A program made the position numbers and the translations under genes. Shown one piece after another: positions 63,948-64,000 of a DNA stretch of 64,000 nt; the first letter of the stretch is position 1; every line of letters starts with the position of its first letter. The notes under the pieces are model-generated. The model was not told the origin of the DNA. It did not search any database and worked only from the letters and a program-made list of their open reading frames with translations. The stretch is taken from assembly GCA_964525555.1 (NCBI GenBank), contig CAZGHN010000013.1, positions 1,144 to 65,143 of the forward strand, given 5' to 3'. This DNA comes from an uncultured bacterium. Its GTDB lineage: Bacteria; Hydrothermota; UBA3072.

Positions 63948-64000
63948 ATGTTTGAATTACCTGAAATTGTGAATTTTACAAAACAATTTAATGAAACTTT
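63948..64000 (+). CDS. 5' fragment of a gene (MFELPEIVNFTKQFNET…), truncated by the window end
   Basis: ATG 8 nt after a GGAGGG RBS downstream of the copy-3 promoter module. Confidence 0.3.
   Translation, partial: MFELPEIVNFTKQFNET

Overview
This is an AT-rich (about 35% GC) bacterial chromosome segment, gene-dense, with mostly short or overlapping gene junctions. Several T9SS (type IX secretion system) C-terminal sorting domains, a complete batA-E aerotolerance operon with its MoxR and DUF58 partners, and a PcrB/GGGPS-family gene point to the FCB superphylum (Bacteroidota, Cloacimonadota and relatives). I cannot confirm the lineage without a database search.

The first 55 kb is largely housekeeping. 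It holds alr, alaS, ffh, ndk, rsmD, coaD, obg, dprA, coaX, tsaE, a tsaB-rimI fusion, a BamA-family gene, two pilT-family ATPases, tRNA-Arg(CCG), an HU gene, a galT-like gene, glnA, dapB and dapA. It also carries a polyamine operon (DHS-like, pdaD, speB), cell-envelope glycosyltransferases, and a solitary 23S rRNA gene with no adjacent 16S, 5S or tRNA.

The last 8.5 kb is the most unusual part. It is a thrice-repeated two-gene cassette: a seven-transmembrane AraC-type regulator followed by a secreted PD40/TolB-like beta-propeller protein ending in a T9SS C-terminal domain. The copies are separated by a conserved ~250 bp intergenic module. That module holds a near-consensus sigma70 promoter positioned for leaderless transcription, and a long stem-loop whose copies differ by base-pair covariation.

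The window also carries a dispersed family of phased CTCTGTG/CACAGAG intergenic repeats, a five-unit GTTAG tandem direct repeat, and a 31-codon highly basic small ORF with its own terminator. I saw no transposases, integrases or CRISPR arrays.
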